From an uncultured Methanosarcinaceae archaeon (GTDB taxonomy: Archaea > Halobacteriota > Methanosarcinia > Methanosarcinales > Methanosarcinaceae), in NCBI GenBank assembly GCA_963733675.1, contig CAVTET010000012.1:128001-192000 (forward strand): a stretch of DNA of 64,000 bases, in the 5' to 3' direction. Shown here in pieces: positions 22,101 to 35,140 of the stretch. Every line of letters starts with the position of its first letter. Positions within the stretch are counted from its first letter, which is position 1. The position numbers were made by a program, and so were the translations under genes. The notes beneath the pieces are model-generated. The model had not been told where the DNA came from, ran no database searches, and worked only from the letters and a program-made list of their open reading frames with translations.

Positions 22101-22538
22101 TTAAAATTTTTTCTCAAAGTACATTTGCCCTTTTTTTTCTTTCTGGAAAGTAAAGCCATTCTTGAGGTACATGTCTATAGCGTTCTTGAGAATGTGATCG
22201 GTTTTAAGCATAACACCTGAGCAGTTTTCTTCGGCAAAATGCAGAGCAGTTAGAAAAAGCTTTCTTCCATTTCCTTTTCCTCTGAAATCTTTTTTAAGGT
22301 AGATGCGCCTGATTTCACATAGATTATCCTTGCATTTTCGGACACCTGCAGTACCTACAACCTTGCCCTCGGCAACCCCTATAAAAAAAGTACCTCCACT
22401 TGTAAAGTAATAATTGTTAATATCCTCAAGGTCGGCATCCTTAAACCTGTCATATTCAAAACCATGTTCCAGCAGGATATCAAGAACAACATCACAGACT
22501 TCTTCCTTTCTGGAATCTTCATATCTTTGTATTATCAT
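22101..22538 (-). CDS. GNAT family N-acetyltransferase
   Basis: EIRRIYL..FRGKGNG acetyl-CoA motif, AIDMYLKNGF. Confidence 0.88.
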   Translation of the reverse strand: MIIQRYEDSRKEEVCDVVLDILLEHGFEYDRFKDADLEDINNYYFTSGGTFFIGVAEGKVVGTAGVRKCKDNLCEIRRIYLKKDFRGKGNGRKLFLTALHFAEENCSGVMLKTDHILKNAIDMYLKNGFTFQKEKKGQMYFEKKF

Positions 22539-22750
22539 TTTCGATCTTATCCATGAGTTGTGGGAATCGTATACAAAAAACGATCTCTAAATTTCCTAAA
22601 AAATATGACATACTAGTTTTTAAGATCTGATAGATGAATTTGAAGCACTAAACAATTTATTTATTTCCCAAAAAAGGACCCGAGATACCTATGCTCCCCA
22701 ACCTATAGGTCATCAGGTTTGTACCAAAGTATTTCAGGATTGAAATATTT

Positions 22751-23986
22751 CTAGTGGAAATATCCTTTCGAATTGATGTATTTCTCGGGATTTTTCAAAA
22801 AGTCCAGGGAAACAGTATAAAAAATATTTGTACCAATAATTAGGATCTCTTCATCTATATCAAATGTGCATGAGTGATTGATTTCAACATTTTTTTTTTG
22901 TGGATTCCGTGTGCCTAGAGAAATAAATACCCCAGGCACTATTTGGAGATAACTTGCAAAATCTTCGGATTTGAACGTTTTTTTTATCTCTGAATATATT
23001 TTGAGTTCTGGGAAGCTCTCCTGAATTTTTGAATGAACTGCACCTGTGAAAACAGGGTCATTTACAAGGACAGGATAACCATGGAGGATTTCAAGATCAT
23101 AATCTGGAAAACCTATAAATCCTTCTCCAGGTTTTCTATACTCTTCCATTAAGCTATTCAAGCAATCTTTTATAGTTTTGTCAATAGTATCTGTGGTCTC
23201 CCTGTTAAAAGTCCTGTAGCTTCCAAGGATTCCTACAATATCAGGAGTTCTGTTGAATTGAGCTCCACCCTGAATCCTCCCTATTCCCATGACATATTTG
23301 TCAGGTTCAAGCTGATTTTCCAGGGCATCGTAGAGGATATTTATGAAGTCTGTTGAAATCCTGATAGGATCAATGCAACTTTCAGGTTCTGATATGTGAC
23401 CTCCTTTTCCTTTAATCGTGATCTCGAATCGGTTGGTACTTGCCATGAAGGGCCCAGAATGAAGACCAATGCTACCTGATTCGTGGTTGATAAAGATATG
23501 CATACCCATTATTGCATCCACCCCATGAAGACCTCCTTCTGCAATCACTCTTTTCGAACCACCTTGAGGGATTTCTTCGGCAGGTTGAAAGATCAGGCGG
23601 ACTTCTCCAGGAAAGTTTCTAGTTTCTTGAAAAAGCCTTGCAGCCCCAAAGAGCATTGCCATGTGTCCATCGTGCCCGCAGGCATGCATTACTCCATTGT
23701 TTTTTGAAATATATTCTCCGTTCCTTTCGGTCAATTTTTCCTGTACTTCCAATCCGTCAGTATCCGATCGAAGGGCGATGCAGGGACCAGGTACATTACC
23801 ACTAATACTTGCAACCACGCCGGTACCCGCAATTTTCTTTGCTTTTATTCCCAGTTCTCCAAGGTTTTTTAGGATTTGTTTCTGGGTTTCATATTCTTCA
23901 AAACTAAGTTCCGGGTATCGGTGAAATTCGCGCCTAAGTCGAATTATCCAGGCTTCAAGCGCTTCTGCACTCGTATAATTTCTCAA
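22751..23986 (-). CDS. M20D amidohydrolase
   Basis: RREFHRYPELSFEE, LRSDTDGL, MHACGHDGH, FQPAEE, SEDF. Confidence 0.92.
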   Translation of the reverse strand: MRNYTSAEALEAWIIRLRREFHRYPELSFEEYETQKQILKNLGELGIKAKKIAGTGVVASISGNVPGPCIALRSDTDGLEVQEKLTERNGEYISKNNGVMHACGHDGHMAMLFGAARLFQETRNFPGEVRLIFQPAEEIPQGGSKRVIAEGGLHGVDAIMGMHIFINHESGSIGLHSGPFMASTNRFEITIKGKGGHISEPESCIDPIRISTDFINILYDALENQLEPDKYVMGIGRIQGGAQFNRTPDIVGILGSYRTFNRETTDTIDKTIKDCLNSLMEEYRKPGEGFIGFPDYDLEILHGYPVLVNDPVFTGAVHSKIQESFPELKIYSEIKKTFKSEDFASYLQIVPGVFISLGTRNPQKKNVEINHSCTFDIDEEILIIGTNIFYTVSLDFLKNPEKYINSKGYFH

Positions 23987-24059
23987 AAGTATTACCTCGG
24001 ACTTCCTACACCTAAAATTTTTTCAGTTTACTAGTATGTGATATTCCGTATTCTTTAGT

Positions 24060-24143
24060 GGATTTCGAGAAATCTCTGACCTTCAAGAATCATTAATATG
24101 CAATTAATACGTGATGACAAAATATTTGGATTTATCGAAACCC
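24060..24143. repeat. MITE-like family A copy
   Basis: GGATTTCGAGAAATC ... GATTTATCGAAACC. Confidence 0.7.
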
Positions 24144-24613
24144 TCTTTATTTTTTTGGTAGTTACTATCATTGGTTGATTTTAAAACACAAACTTTCTTT
24201 ACACTGGAAACTTAATAGGATTCTCGATAAACATCGAATCTTCATGAACTCTTTGTATAACATAACTACTATAATTACCTATACTGCTTACAGTTATCAT
24301 TTGCTACAACTTGAAAATTAGTAAATATTTCTTTCGTAAATAATAAAATAATATTTCTCTATGAGCCTGCAAGATGTCACAGCAATTTTAGGAAGGAGCA
24401 GATATTATATTTCATATATGATTAAATCCATTAAATTTGAAAAGGATACAAAAAACTGATGTTACCAAATTAGATTGGAGAAACAAAGATAGTGGTACCA
24501 CGAAAACCGTGGCTCGCTTCACTGGTAATATTTATAATTTGGGTTAATTGTAGTGACTGCTACAGGTTAAGTGGCAGCACACGAAACTTGTTGACTTAGT
24601 TAAAAACCAAATC

Positions 24614-25198
24614 ATGTTTGAGGTAATGGTTGCGATGGTCTTTTTGACCGGAGTTATTACCTATTTGAAATGGTGGCCACGAGTCGGGTGGAAAGGCCCG
24701 AATAACTTATTGGATTTGCTTTTATTGTGTCCACCAACCATGTTTTTGCTATCCATGTCACTGCTTGTTTTATTTACAGGTCTGCCATCAATCAGTGTTC
24801 TTATGATTGTAATTATCAATACCTTGATGGTAGGAATCAGTGAAGAGTTGATGTTTCGGGGCATATTGTTCTATGGGATTTCATCCTCATTCGGAATCTG
24901 GCGTGCAGTGTGGAGCACAGCGATTATTTTCGGTGCGGTCCATACATTCAACAGCTTTATCACTGGAGACTTTAATGCGAGCATACTTCAGGCTCTTTTT
25001 GCATTTATGTTTGATATTTACATAGTAGCTTTGCGAGTCCGCCTCGACACAATTATTCCGGGAATCATCTTTCATTGGCTATGGGATTGTTTGGCATTTC
25101 TGCTAATTCTGACAAATTCCCTTTGGAAGCTGGCATTGCTTTCATTCTCCATGATACTTGTCATTCATGGACTCTGGTTATTACGAAAATATAGTTGA
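24614..25198 (+). CDS. CPBP (CAAX/Abi) intramembrane metalloprotease, N-terminus probably disrupted
   Basis: SEELMFRG, FGAVH, HWLWD motifs; broken hydrophobic reading upstream from about 24459. Confidence 0.8.
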   Translation: MFEVMVAMVFLTGVITYLKWWPRVGWKGPNNLLDLLLLCPPTMFLLSMSLLVLFTGLPSISVLMIVIINTLMVGISEELMFRGILFYGISSSFGIWRAVWSTAIIFGAVHTFNSFITGDFNASILQALFAFMFDIYIVALRVRLDTIIPGIIFHWLWDCLAFLLILTNSLWKLALLSFSMILVIHGLWLLRKYS

Positions 25199-27937
25199 TT
25201 AGGTTCTTCGATATGCTTCAAGTCTTATTCTCTTGCTTTTGTCATATCTAAACCTCTTTTATCAATAGTTTTTCTTAATCCATATTCAGCAGTAACATAT
25301 ACAATATAATTATATAAAGTATCAAAAAAGAGTCCAGTTATCTGTTAGATAATTATGTACTAGATTCATCTAGTGGGTTAGTTGATATATTTGAAGATTA
25401 TTCCTTGATCAATGTTACAGAATATGTTGTTTATTTAATTGAGATCTATATGTTATGACTTTTCTATTTCGAGATTTTCAGGAATAATTTAGTGTTTAAC
25501 CTTCTGTTCTCCTGGATCAATGTTTGAATTTTAATCTCCGGATTATGCACATGTTTTACTATAAAACTATGCATTAGTGCAAACCAAGGAATCCCGTTTT
25601 AGGAAATGGATGAAGAAAAGCCATTTTTACAAAACTTTCAATACATTCCTATTTAATTAGAATCGATCAGGAAGGTATTGAATTTCGCTATGTTTTTCTT
25701 ACTATTCTTTTACATTTACTGGGATGTAATCGATATAAGCGTGTGTATTCACATGCTGTTTGGAATGGTTAAATTCACGGAAACATAGGCTAAAAATCAG
25801 TGGCCCCAAAAAAATATGATCTGTTAGTATTGCAAGTCTATAACAATCTTGAACGATTATTAGTTATATTTATAACAGTTAATTGCATAATGTTATTTAA
25901 TGCAGTCTGAGTACTGCTACAAAGCTGCTGGTGCTCGGATCAACTGAATCAGTTAAATGCTAACAAAGATTTTAGTTATCTATTGGAAAAAAGTATAAAT
26001 TTTAACAAAATCGCCGTGATTACTAAATATCGAAAAAAGAGAAGTATCAAAATTGAGCTTAAAATAATAACTATTCAGACTAGTTAAAACAAGTTCAATG
26101 TCTCTTCTTACATAAATATACAGCAAAAAATTTTTTGAGTTTATTTTATTTAGCTGTTGTCTATTAATCTTTTCATCTTTCCATACGTTAGCAATCAGAT
26201 AGACTGAGTAGTTACTTCTTTGTGTTATAGCCGACCCAGACAAGGTAGTCAATATCAACTGTATACACATTTTTTGATTTACGTCCGAACTTTTCAAATC
26301 TGTGGGCGATAATTCAAATTCTATATCTACTTTTTATAGCCTTATTAAACAATAATAGACGTCATGATAGCTAAAGTTGGGAACTGTTTGAAAAATAAAA
26401 CCGATAACTCTAAAAAATTTTAATATTAATCGATGATATCGATATAATGACTCACAAAATGTATTTCGTTATACTGCCATGTACATAATAGGACAGTAAT
26501 CAAAACAGAAGATTAAGGAGTATATAGCACATTTTGGATAAAATTATGCATTCTGCCAAATCAAGCGCATTAAAAAAAATTGGATAAAAATTTGGAAGAG
26601 TTGTGTATACTGTCGCAGCAGAAACAGTCACTTTAAATATATGCACCCAATAGTATATTTAATTCGAAATAAGATTAACGTCTTACACGCAATTCAACTT
26701 TATCGATTAGTTCTTAGTCTTTTAAAGTGTCTGTTCGGTTTGTAATACAATATACAATTATCTGCCGAATTACTTTAAATTAATAATATGAAAAATAGTT
26801 TCTAAACGAAAAACAATACCGTATAGTATTTTTCACAATCAAAAAACAATTAAATATTAATAATAATTTTTTAGTGTTTCCTAAGTCTTCAAAGTTTTAA
26901 AAGTAGGTAAATTACCGTTATTCTAGCAGTGATTTTTGCAGCATCTCGCTAGTGTCGATCCTATGGGTTACTAATATAATATATTATAGGGACATTTTTC
27001 GATTATTTTGTTAGTTGTTCTTACTCGCAAATTTCTTCTTCTATAAAATATATATGTATCTTTCCGTCTGGATCGATGTAAAAATCCATTTCGCCATATT
27101 TTGTTTCAAGTGAATGCATGTTGAGATCCTTTTGTATATTTATATCCGTATCTTAATTTTGTTTTGTTTCATAGAGTGTATAATTTTTATGATCTTCTTG
27201 GCTCCTACTGGTTGATAGCCCTGCAATTATCTAGCTAAATATAATGCAATACCAACAATTTCAGAGCATAAAACTTGAAATTAAACAGAAGTAGTATACA
27301 TTGCAAATACATAGCCTTATTATGTGCGCCATTCAAAGTATACTAGTGCATTGGTGCAATGGAATGCACAATACTTTTCTCTATTTAAACTGATATTTTC
27401 ATGTATCTAAACAATTTAGTACATATTTTGATAGTAATTAATCAAGGATTAGTCTTCACAGGTGGTATTTATTAAAATAAACATTAGTTTAGTGTGTTTG
27501 TTTGTCGATTAATTTTTTTTTCATGGGAAATGCACTATGGACTTAATTCGAGCGCGCAAATTTAAATTTGTTCAATTCTATAGTTGGCTATCTGCCATTT
27601 GAGTGTAAGACAGTTAATTAAGTTTTATAAAAGCGTATCGATTTATTTGTAAAAAATTGCCATGCATGTCCATAAATTGAGAAAACAACCTAGGAATTAA
27701 TTCAAATTGATAAACCACAGTCTCAAATGATGCCGAAATAAACTAGATAATTAATATAAAAAAGCCACGCTTAATTAAAAATCATCAAATAAATAGGTAC
27801 GGCCAAATATTTCACGGAAATCATCATGATCTAGGCTACGGTCTCTATCGTGATCAAGCTCTCTGCTGTGATCTCTTCCGCAATCATCAAGGACACCATA
27901 ACATCTACCAAACTAATAATAAAAATGAAACAAAATT

Positions 27938-28791
27938 GGTTCCGTTGCAAAAAATCCAAAAAAATATGTAAATCTATAGGTCATGAATAAAAATCAAAAT
28001 ATCCAAAAAAAATGTACTAACATTATAAAACTATACCAAACAATTGATTAATGTATTTGACTTCATTAAGAACAGAGTAATTTAGATTATTGACTTGTTT
28101 TTTTTGATCATATTCATAGCTTCAATTCCTTTTAAAGTCTTATTAGCAGATCGAAAAGACTGAAATCCTAACATTGGATTAACGATTCGCTTTATAGATC
28201 TATGATCTTGTTCTATAATGTTATTCAAATACCTCACTTGTCTAATTTCAACATTTTTAAACAAGTTCTTCTCATTTTTCAGTTTATCTATAGCAGGTGG
28301 ATAAGCTGGATTTTTATCAACGGTTATTACTCTTGGAATTTGATTATGATTAGAACTTAAAGCCTTTTTAAAGAATCTATTCGCTGCTTTTCTATCTCGT
28401 TTTGAACTTAACATGAAATCAATTGTATCTCCATTTGAATCAACTGCTCGGTAAAAATATTTCCATTTACCTTTTACTTTGATATAGGTTTCATCAACTC
28501 TCCACGAATCATTTGTTGGTCTTAAATGTCTTCTTATCTTCGTTTCTATTTCAGGGGAATATTGATGTACCCATCTCATGATTGTTGTATGGTCGACTTT
28601 TACTCCTCTTTCTACCATCATTTCCTTTAAATTTCTATAGCTCAATGGATATTTTAAGTACCATCTTACATTTAATAAGATAATTTCTCCTTCATAATGC
28701 TTTCATTTAAAGGAATCAGATAGCATATTACTATCTTTGGTTTTCTTTTTATTCTATTGTATCATTAGAAAGGATTTTTTGCAACGGAACC
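27938..28791 (-). mobile_element. IS6-family element copy 2 (854 bp), inactive
   Basis: Same IRs; TGG>TGA at codon 8 (28703-28705) plus the same C-terminal frameshift as copy 1. Confidence 0.95.
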
Positions 28792-29314
28792 TGCGTAAAA
28801 ATTGGAATAGACGAAGTTACTTTTTTTGGATTTACTCCAGATAACACAAAAAGACCTGAAGATCAAAAAAAGCGTTTGTAGATGCTTGTATAAAATCAGT
28901 TAAAGAAATTGCTAAATTTGATGCCGAAATACTTGTAGCAGGGAATACTAATTCGAATATCTTTCCTGAAGAGCTACTTGCATATACAAACAAGACTAAA
29001 GTTGGGCAAGGTAAAATAAAGATAAATTTTTTGATAAATTATGGCTGGTATTGGGACTTAATGCATGCATTTGACAGATCTTCAGATAAAAATGTAGTAG
29101 AAAACATTGCATCAGTAGATATCTCAAGAATAGATTTACTTATTCGCTGAGGAGGGATATGTAGACTCAGTGGAATGCTTCCAATTTAGACGGTGTACTC
29201 AGACATTACTCAGACATATATGTAGTTGATGAAATGTGGCCAGATTTTAAACCGGAACACTTGTATAATGCATTAAAGTTTCATCAAAATCAGGATATTA
29301 CATTAGGTGGGTAA
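28792..29314 (+). pseudogene. Cis-prenyltransferase (UppS-like) pseudogene, 5'-truncated by IS6
   Basis: FFGFTPDNTKRP, FLINYGW, IDLLIR*GG, RLSG, WPDF, QDITLGG*; 11-bp duplication ACTCAGACAT(T). Confidence 0.8.
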
Positions 29315-29409
29315 AAAAATAGTTCGCCTCTTATTATTCCTATGAAAAATTAAATCTCCAATACTGTTTTTCATGATTCATTAATGTGTGTTGCATCCTG
29401 AAATGATTT

Positions 29410-29640
29410 AACATATTCTAGAATGTAGATACGTTATTGTTGTAACGGCCACATTAGTAGTGGTGATGCCAATAGAGATTGCCCTAGACATAGTAACCGT
29501 CGTGGTAGCTGTAATAACCCCAGCACGGTAGTCAGGGCAATGGCGGCCACTACTGCGACGCGTTGTGCAACACTAACTGCTGCTGAAGTTACTTATAATA
29601 CGAAAAGAACTACCAGCAAAATAGCCAGTACCTTTTTCAT
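29410..29640 (-). pseudogene. Small secreted His/Tyr-rich peptide gene, disrupted
   Basis: MKKVLAILLVVLFVL*VTSAAVS signal peptide; WGYYSYHDGYY..LYWHHHY in another frame. Confidence 0.55.
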
Positions 29641-29865
29641 TCTATAAAGTACTTTAGATAAATTAGTTCCAACTGTTCCATAAGCTCAATATGTTCTATG
29701 AGTCACATAAGATTCATGAGTCTAGACCAACGAAGCTTTCTCTTTTCATATAGAACTTAGAAAATTCATAGATTTTAACATAAAAACTATGTGTTTTATT
29801 TTTTGGCAGCAACCATTATACTTAATACTGATGCACAAAAATGAAAAGAAATATTCAAATGTTTT

Positions 29866-30540
29866 ATGCTGGTAAAGAAAAACAGGAGCAATTGTGTGAA
29901 AAATTGGTTGAGGGCAGAGAAAGAGTTGAATTATAGAATTAAACAAGAAGCAAATAATTTAATAAACAAAGGTTATAATTGGCAAGTTTCAGTGGAGAAA
30001 GCTAAAAACATCGTTAAATCAGAAATCGAGTTTCGCGCTTATTTAATATGCTGTGCAACTAAAGACAATACTCTGGATAACTGGTTAAAAGCAGAGAGCG
30101 AGTTTTATAAAAGGGCAGAGATTTGCAGTAATTGCGAAGAGTATGCCCAAAAGTTGTTACAAAAAACGAACAATCAATTGGATCAAAATGCTGCATCTGT
30201 GTGGGCAAAAATTGAATTTATAAGAGTCAAAGCTTATTTTATTTGGAAAAACGCTAGTAATATGGAATTTGAGTGGTATGATTCAGAAAAATACTTTGTA
30301 AATAGAATAATTGAAAAGTCTAAAAAAATATTGAATAGTCAACGATATTTATCACAAGAAGAAGCAATTTATTGTTCGTATGACCAGTTCTATAAAGAAA
30401 TAAAACTAATAGCAGAGGTAAAAAGAGAATGGGTTTCTGAACGAGCTTACTATATTTCGCGACAGTACCCTAATTATTCTGAAGAACATAATTGGTATCG
30501 TGCAGTACAAGAATTCGACGCTGAAAATTCAAGAAGGTGA
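29866..30540 (+). CDS. Hypothetical protein with about four DUF2934-like repeats
   Basis: Repeated (R/K)AY-x(12-15)-W-x2-(A/S)E units. Confidence 0.6.
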   Translation: MLVKKNRSNCVKNWLRAEKELNYRIKQEANNLINKGYNWQVSVEKAKNIVKSEIEFRAYLICCATKDNTLDNWLKAESEFYKRAEICSNCEEYAQKLLQKTNNQLDQNAASVWAKIEFIRVKAYFIWKNASNMEFEWYDSEKYFVNRIIEKSKKILNSQRYLSQEEAIYCSYDQFYKEIKLIAEVKREWVSERAYYISRQYPNYSEEHNWYRAVQEFDAENSRR

Positions 30541-30789
30541 AAAATAGCGATGGGGTATAGTTTCCGCGATATGATTATTATTTCCCAAGTTCGAGTAGTA
30601 GCTCTGAGCATCTTATTACCAATAGTTCTGCAGTGTATTGAAAGTTCTGTAAAAATGACTGTTCTCAATCTATTTTATTACAAAACAGAATTTCCTGATT
30701 TTCACTGATACATAGGTTTTATAGCAAAAACTGTGTATCAACTAAACAATAAAAACGTAGTTTAGTTAGCACAACCATTGGCTTGACAT

Positions 30790-31102
30790 CATGCTTTTTG
30801 CAGTGAAAAAAAGATGCAGAGTCCGTCAGAAAGAAGTACGGAAAGACAATCGGTATGATCAACCTATTCGAGCTGATCGCGATTCTACATCTTCAGAGGA
30901 GGCTTAAAGCCTTAACTTAACGTCGAAGAAGTAGAATCGGCTCTTGTGACCGCGACGTCGGCGCCTTATATCGCTTTCACTCAACTCATTACTCTACCCA
31001 ACCTCACTTGGGAAAGCCGTCAGTGTCATGCCATAAAATTTGCAAGCGGTGACAACCCTGGATGACCGGGTGTATATTTTCTAGGGGATGCCCACGCAAT
31101 AA
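30790..31102 (+). pseudogene. M14 zinc carboxypeptidase N-terminal fragment
   Basis: LNVEEVESAL...QLITLPNLTWESRQCHAIK...PGVYFLGDAHA, truncated at the HxxE motif. Confidence 0.6.
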
Positions 31103-31461
31103 CAGCAATGTTTATCCTAAAACGTAGCTGTTCTTTGGGTTTTTGAAGTATACGATAACTCGATACTGTTGATCTTTGATTAAGAAATTTTCGTGCCTGA
31201 AGGGTCGATTTAAAAGCAAAAATTATTTCAAAGTTTCGAGCACTGAAACTTAGATAGATATCAATTCTACCTTCAAATCGCAGATGTTTTGAAAAGATTT
31301 TATGAATGTTGATATAATTTATAAAAATTCCTCACTTAACCGATGACTTATGAATTCTAGTTATATTTTTAGATTTTATAATAATTATAATATATTTTGA
31401 ATCTATATAATTAGATATTATTGGAGCTTCAACATATAGTTATAGCACAAAAATAAAAGAG

Positions 31462-33345
31462 TTGAAAAGAGTGAAAAGCAAACTAGAACTTCCTCCGCTT
31501 CATAAGCTTGGGGCTTGGGGAGATAAGCAGGATTCTAAATTTGTCAACTTTGGAATGTTTTTGCCGAAAATATCGGCAGAAGAAGGAAATCGACTGTGGG
31601 TGAAAGTTATTCATGAGAAGGACCAGTTCCTCCAGGATATACAACCCAAAAGTTTTGAAATGCAGCATTCAGAGGACCTGGAATATGGAGATTACTGGTT
31701 TGCAGCGATACCTATTATATCCACAGACGAGTCAAAAAAATATTCTGCATGGGGAACTCCTGGAAAATATGTTTACCGATATTATCTTGAAAATTCTGAA
31801 AAACAAGGATCTATTGACTGGATTATCGATCCTTTTGCCAGGGAGTTTGGAGTCGGTAAGTTCTCTGCATTTACCCTCGGGTGTGAACCTTATGTATGGA
31901 GCAAGAACGAAACTGTATGGAAAACACCCTTATTAAACGAAATCATTCTCTACGAACTGATGGTCAATGAGTTTGCAGATGATATCGACGGAACGATTGA
32001 TCGACTTGGGTATTTGGCAGATAGGGAATTAACTGCATAGAGCTGATGCCTCTTTCTGACGTTGAGACGAGATTGGACTGGGGATATATGCCAATAGGGT
32101 ATTTCGGTGTAGCTGAGCGCTTTGGAAATAGAAACGATCTGCGACAGTTGATCGACGCAGCTCACTCTAACGAAATTGCAGTCATAGTAGATTCCGTCTA
32201 TGGACATACCAGTGCACTTTTCCCTTACTATTATGTTTACAACCAGCTCCACTGGCCAATGGATAGAAACCCTTTCATGGGGACTTTTGCTGAGGACAAA
32301 TATGGAATTAGTACTGACTTCAACTACAAATTTACTCGTGACTTCTTTTTGACGGTCAATAATCATTGGCTCGAAGATTATCATATAGAGGGTTTTCGAT
32401 ACGACGACGTGCCAGAGTATTGGCTGACAGATTATGAAAACGGCTACACGAAAGTGGTAAAGGATACTTACCAGCTGGTCAAAACAAAAAAGGGCTCTTC
32501 CGACCATTGGCAAAGATTTTTCAATGAAGGTTCCCTAAACCTCATCCAGTGTGCCGAACAGCTTCAAAAACCGATAGAGATCCTGAATAATACGTTACAG
32601 TAACTGTACCTGGCAAGATGAAACCCTGAATGCTGCCATGGGAGTAGCAGGAAGTACTGATCAGCTAACCAATCTAGGCTTTCTTTTTGGGCTTTCTGGT
32701 TATCCGGCAGAAGTTCAGAATAACGGGGATATGATCACGAAAACTGCAATCCAGTATCTGGAAAATCACGACCATTCTAGTTTTATCTGCAATTTCGGTA
32801 CAATTGCCAGCGATGACGAACTTTTGAAGACAGGTGACCGTTCCCTTTGGTATAAGGTACAGCCTTATCTAATAGGCTTGTTTACAGATAGAGGAATCCC
32901 TAAGCTGTGGCAGGGGCAAGAATTTGGGGATAACTACTATCTTCCTCAAGAAGGGGGGGAAGGGTGCTTTTATATAGGCCTGTACACTGGGAATACTTCT
33001 ATACCACAGAAGGCAAATCCCTTGTCCAACTTATCCGAAAGCTGATAAAGCTTAGGAGGAATAATCCTCAGTTTACCAGGGGAGAGCATTATTTCTACAA
33101 CGACTCTGTTCTGTATCAGTCCCGAGATATCATGCTTTTTTCTCGGAGTTACAATGGAAGTTTTCAGCCTGGTAGCATTGAACTTTGGAGCCCAGAATCA
33201 GGTAGTGTCATTTAAATTCCCCTTCAGTGGCAATTATCATGAAGAACTTTGGGAATCGGACAATTTAATTGATGTTTCCGCAGGCAAGGAAGTCCAAATT
33301 GAAATACCCAGTAATTACGGAAGGATTTGGACACTGAAAAAATGA
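31462..33345 (+). pseudogene. GH13 alpha-amylase family glycosidase, three or more frameshifts
   Basis: IIDPFARE, LYEL, ELMP..WGY, VIVDSVYGH, GFRYD, YLENHDH, LWQGQEFG across four ORF pieces. Confidence 0.88.
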
Positions 33346-33541
33346 CGGACATAATAGCTTCAGAAAGCTGTTCTATTAGTTTTAGGGTTCTGGTGCAAAA
33401 AATCTGGCCTTGTTACAAAATCAATGAAAAACTTCACAATTAGGAAATTTAATCGATATCATCAAGGGAAAAATGATATACAAAGGCAATAATTAAAGTG
33501 TCAAACTGCTGAAATATTATTTTTGCACCAAAATCGATGAC

Positions 33542-34979
33542 CTAGTTTCTGATTAAACAAAGCAGTCCATCCAGCCCAAAGAGGAGCTGTACCGCTTGTC
33601 CCCCCCAATGGTCATCTGCTGTCCACCTACCAGAATCTGATAAGCCAGTGGACGGATCAGCATCATCTGCTATACCAGGCACACCCCGTCCGATGCGTCC
33701 ATTAGGGTTTGCCGACGGTGAGACATTCACATTAATCTGATAGTCCGGCAAATCAAGTACCTCACTTATCCCTCCACCTGTCCCGCAGGGGTGGTCACAA
33801 CCTCCATTCCAGACAACCTCGTTGAGATAGTATTGACCTGTACTTCTATCGTGGTACCGCCTACCTAGTGCATATGAACTGGAACATGGGATCCCACCAT
33901 GAAGGCGATCGTCATCCATCCCATCAGTGAACCGACATCACCCACGGAATAGCAAACAGTCACTCCTAAAGCAAGTGTTTCTTTTAAAGTTTCATCCATA
34001 TTATTTTTACCCTGATCGGAACAACCAATTTCAGGACCATCACAACTGATTGAAATAACTGAGGGTTTATTGAGGTTGTCGTGTACGTCTGCTGAGACAG
34101 CGTCAACGAATCCTCGGTCGCCATTGCTGGGTGCAAAGCAAACGATTATCTGCGCACCAGGAGCTATAAGCACCCACGACCTCGACATCGAGAGCAACTT
34201 CGATATCTGTATCAGAATTGATGCCTGGAAGATTGCGGCTTCCATCAACGGTACTGCTTTGATGTTTGGAACAGGAATCCCAAGATTGGCAAACTATTTC
34301 TTGAGATCAGCGGTACGGTAGCCACCTCCAAATTCGAGAATAGCGATGCACTCGCCAGTACCATCTAAGCCTTTCGTGAAATCATCGAGTTCTGCTATTT
34401 GAAGTGGGGTATAATTAGGACGCCCTTCAACGTGAGGCTTTATATTGCCCCTCTTTCACCTAAAATGCGTCAGTGGGGACGAGCCTGTGGTCGATCGTCA
34501 AGACCAAAAACACCTTCCACTATTGGAGCGATGTCCTCAGGTAATTATAGGTCCGGTATGGCCACGGTAAGAGCCTTCTGGATATATTCATAACGTGCTA
34601 GATAAACTCCAAAAGCTACGCTAAGAGAAGCCATTGTTCCTTCTAAAATCACACGACGCTCTGCTGGTTTTATTTCCACTACGTTTAGGCCGTATTCATG
34701 TACGAATTCCTCTATCTTTGCCAAATCGGCTGGATCTGCTCCATAAGATGTAGCTAATTCATCCCGGCTGAGGTACTTACGCTCACTAGGCTTTTGAGCA
34801 CTAAGCCCTTTGATCACAGAGCTAAGTTCTTTGTTTGAGGGATTGCGACGTACTATCACTGTTGCTGTCATTTCTTCGTTTGGATCGATTGCACCTACAA
34901 TGTGAACTCCAGGAAGAGCTGCACGCTCACTACCTTCGATTGGAATGCGATTTTTGGATGATGACATAGTTCCTGACAT
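33542..34979 (-). pseudogene. S53 sedolisin/kumamolisin-like peptidase with prodomain, fragmented
   Basis: GSER..YGADPADL prodomain; EVALDVEV; GGGISE; GRGVP; GGTSGTAPLWAG catalytic region in shifted frames. Confidence 0.88.
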
Positions 34980-35140
34980 AGTTCCTCCTTATTTATGTTT
35001 TGGGTTTTAGACCATAATATAAAAATTTCTAGAGTTATTTTAAATTAATTATACAAAAAATAGTTTCTGAATGAAAATTACTCACTTATAAAATATTTTA
35101 ACGTCGTATAAATTATTTATATAAAAAACTAATTTCTGAA

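Noticed and set aside
18741-27937. Active composite transposon between IS6 copies 1 and 2
   Set aside because: Both transposases are damaged, copies are inverted, no shared target duplication, and cargo looks like ordinary chromosomal genes
32038-32040. TAG in the GH13 gene as a pyrrolysine codon
   Set aside because: Out-of-frame stop after a frameshift; NCIELMP is in another frame
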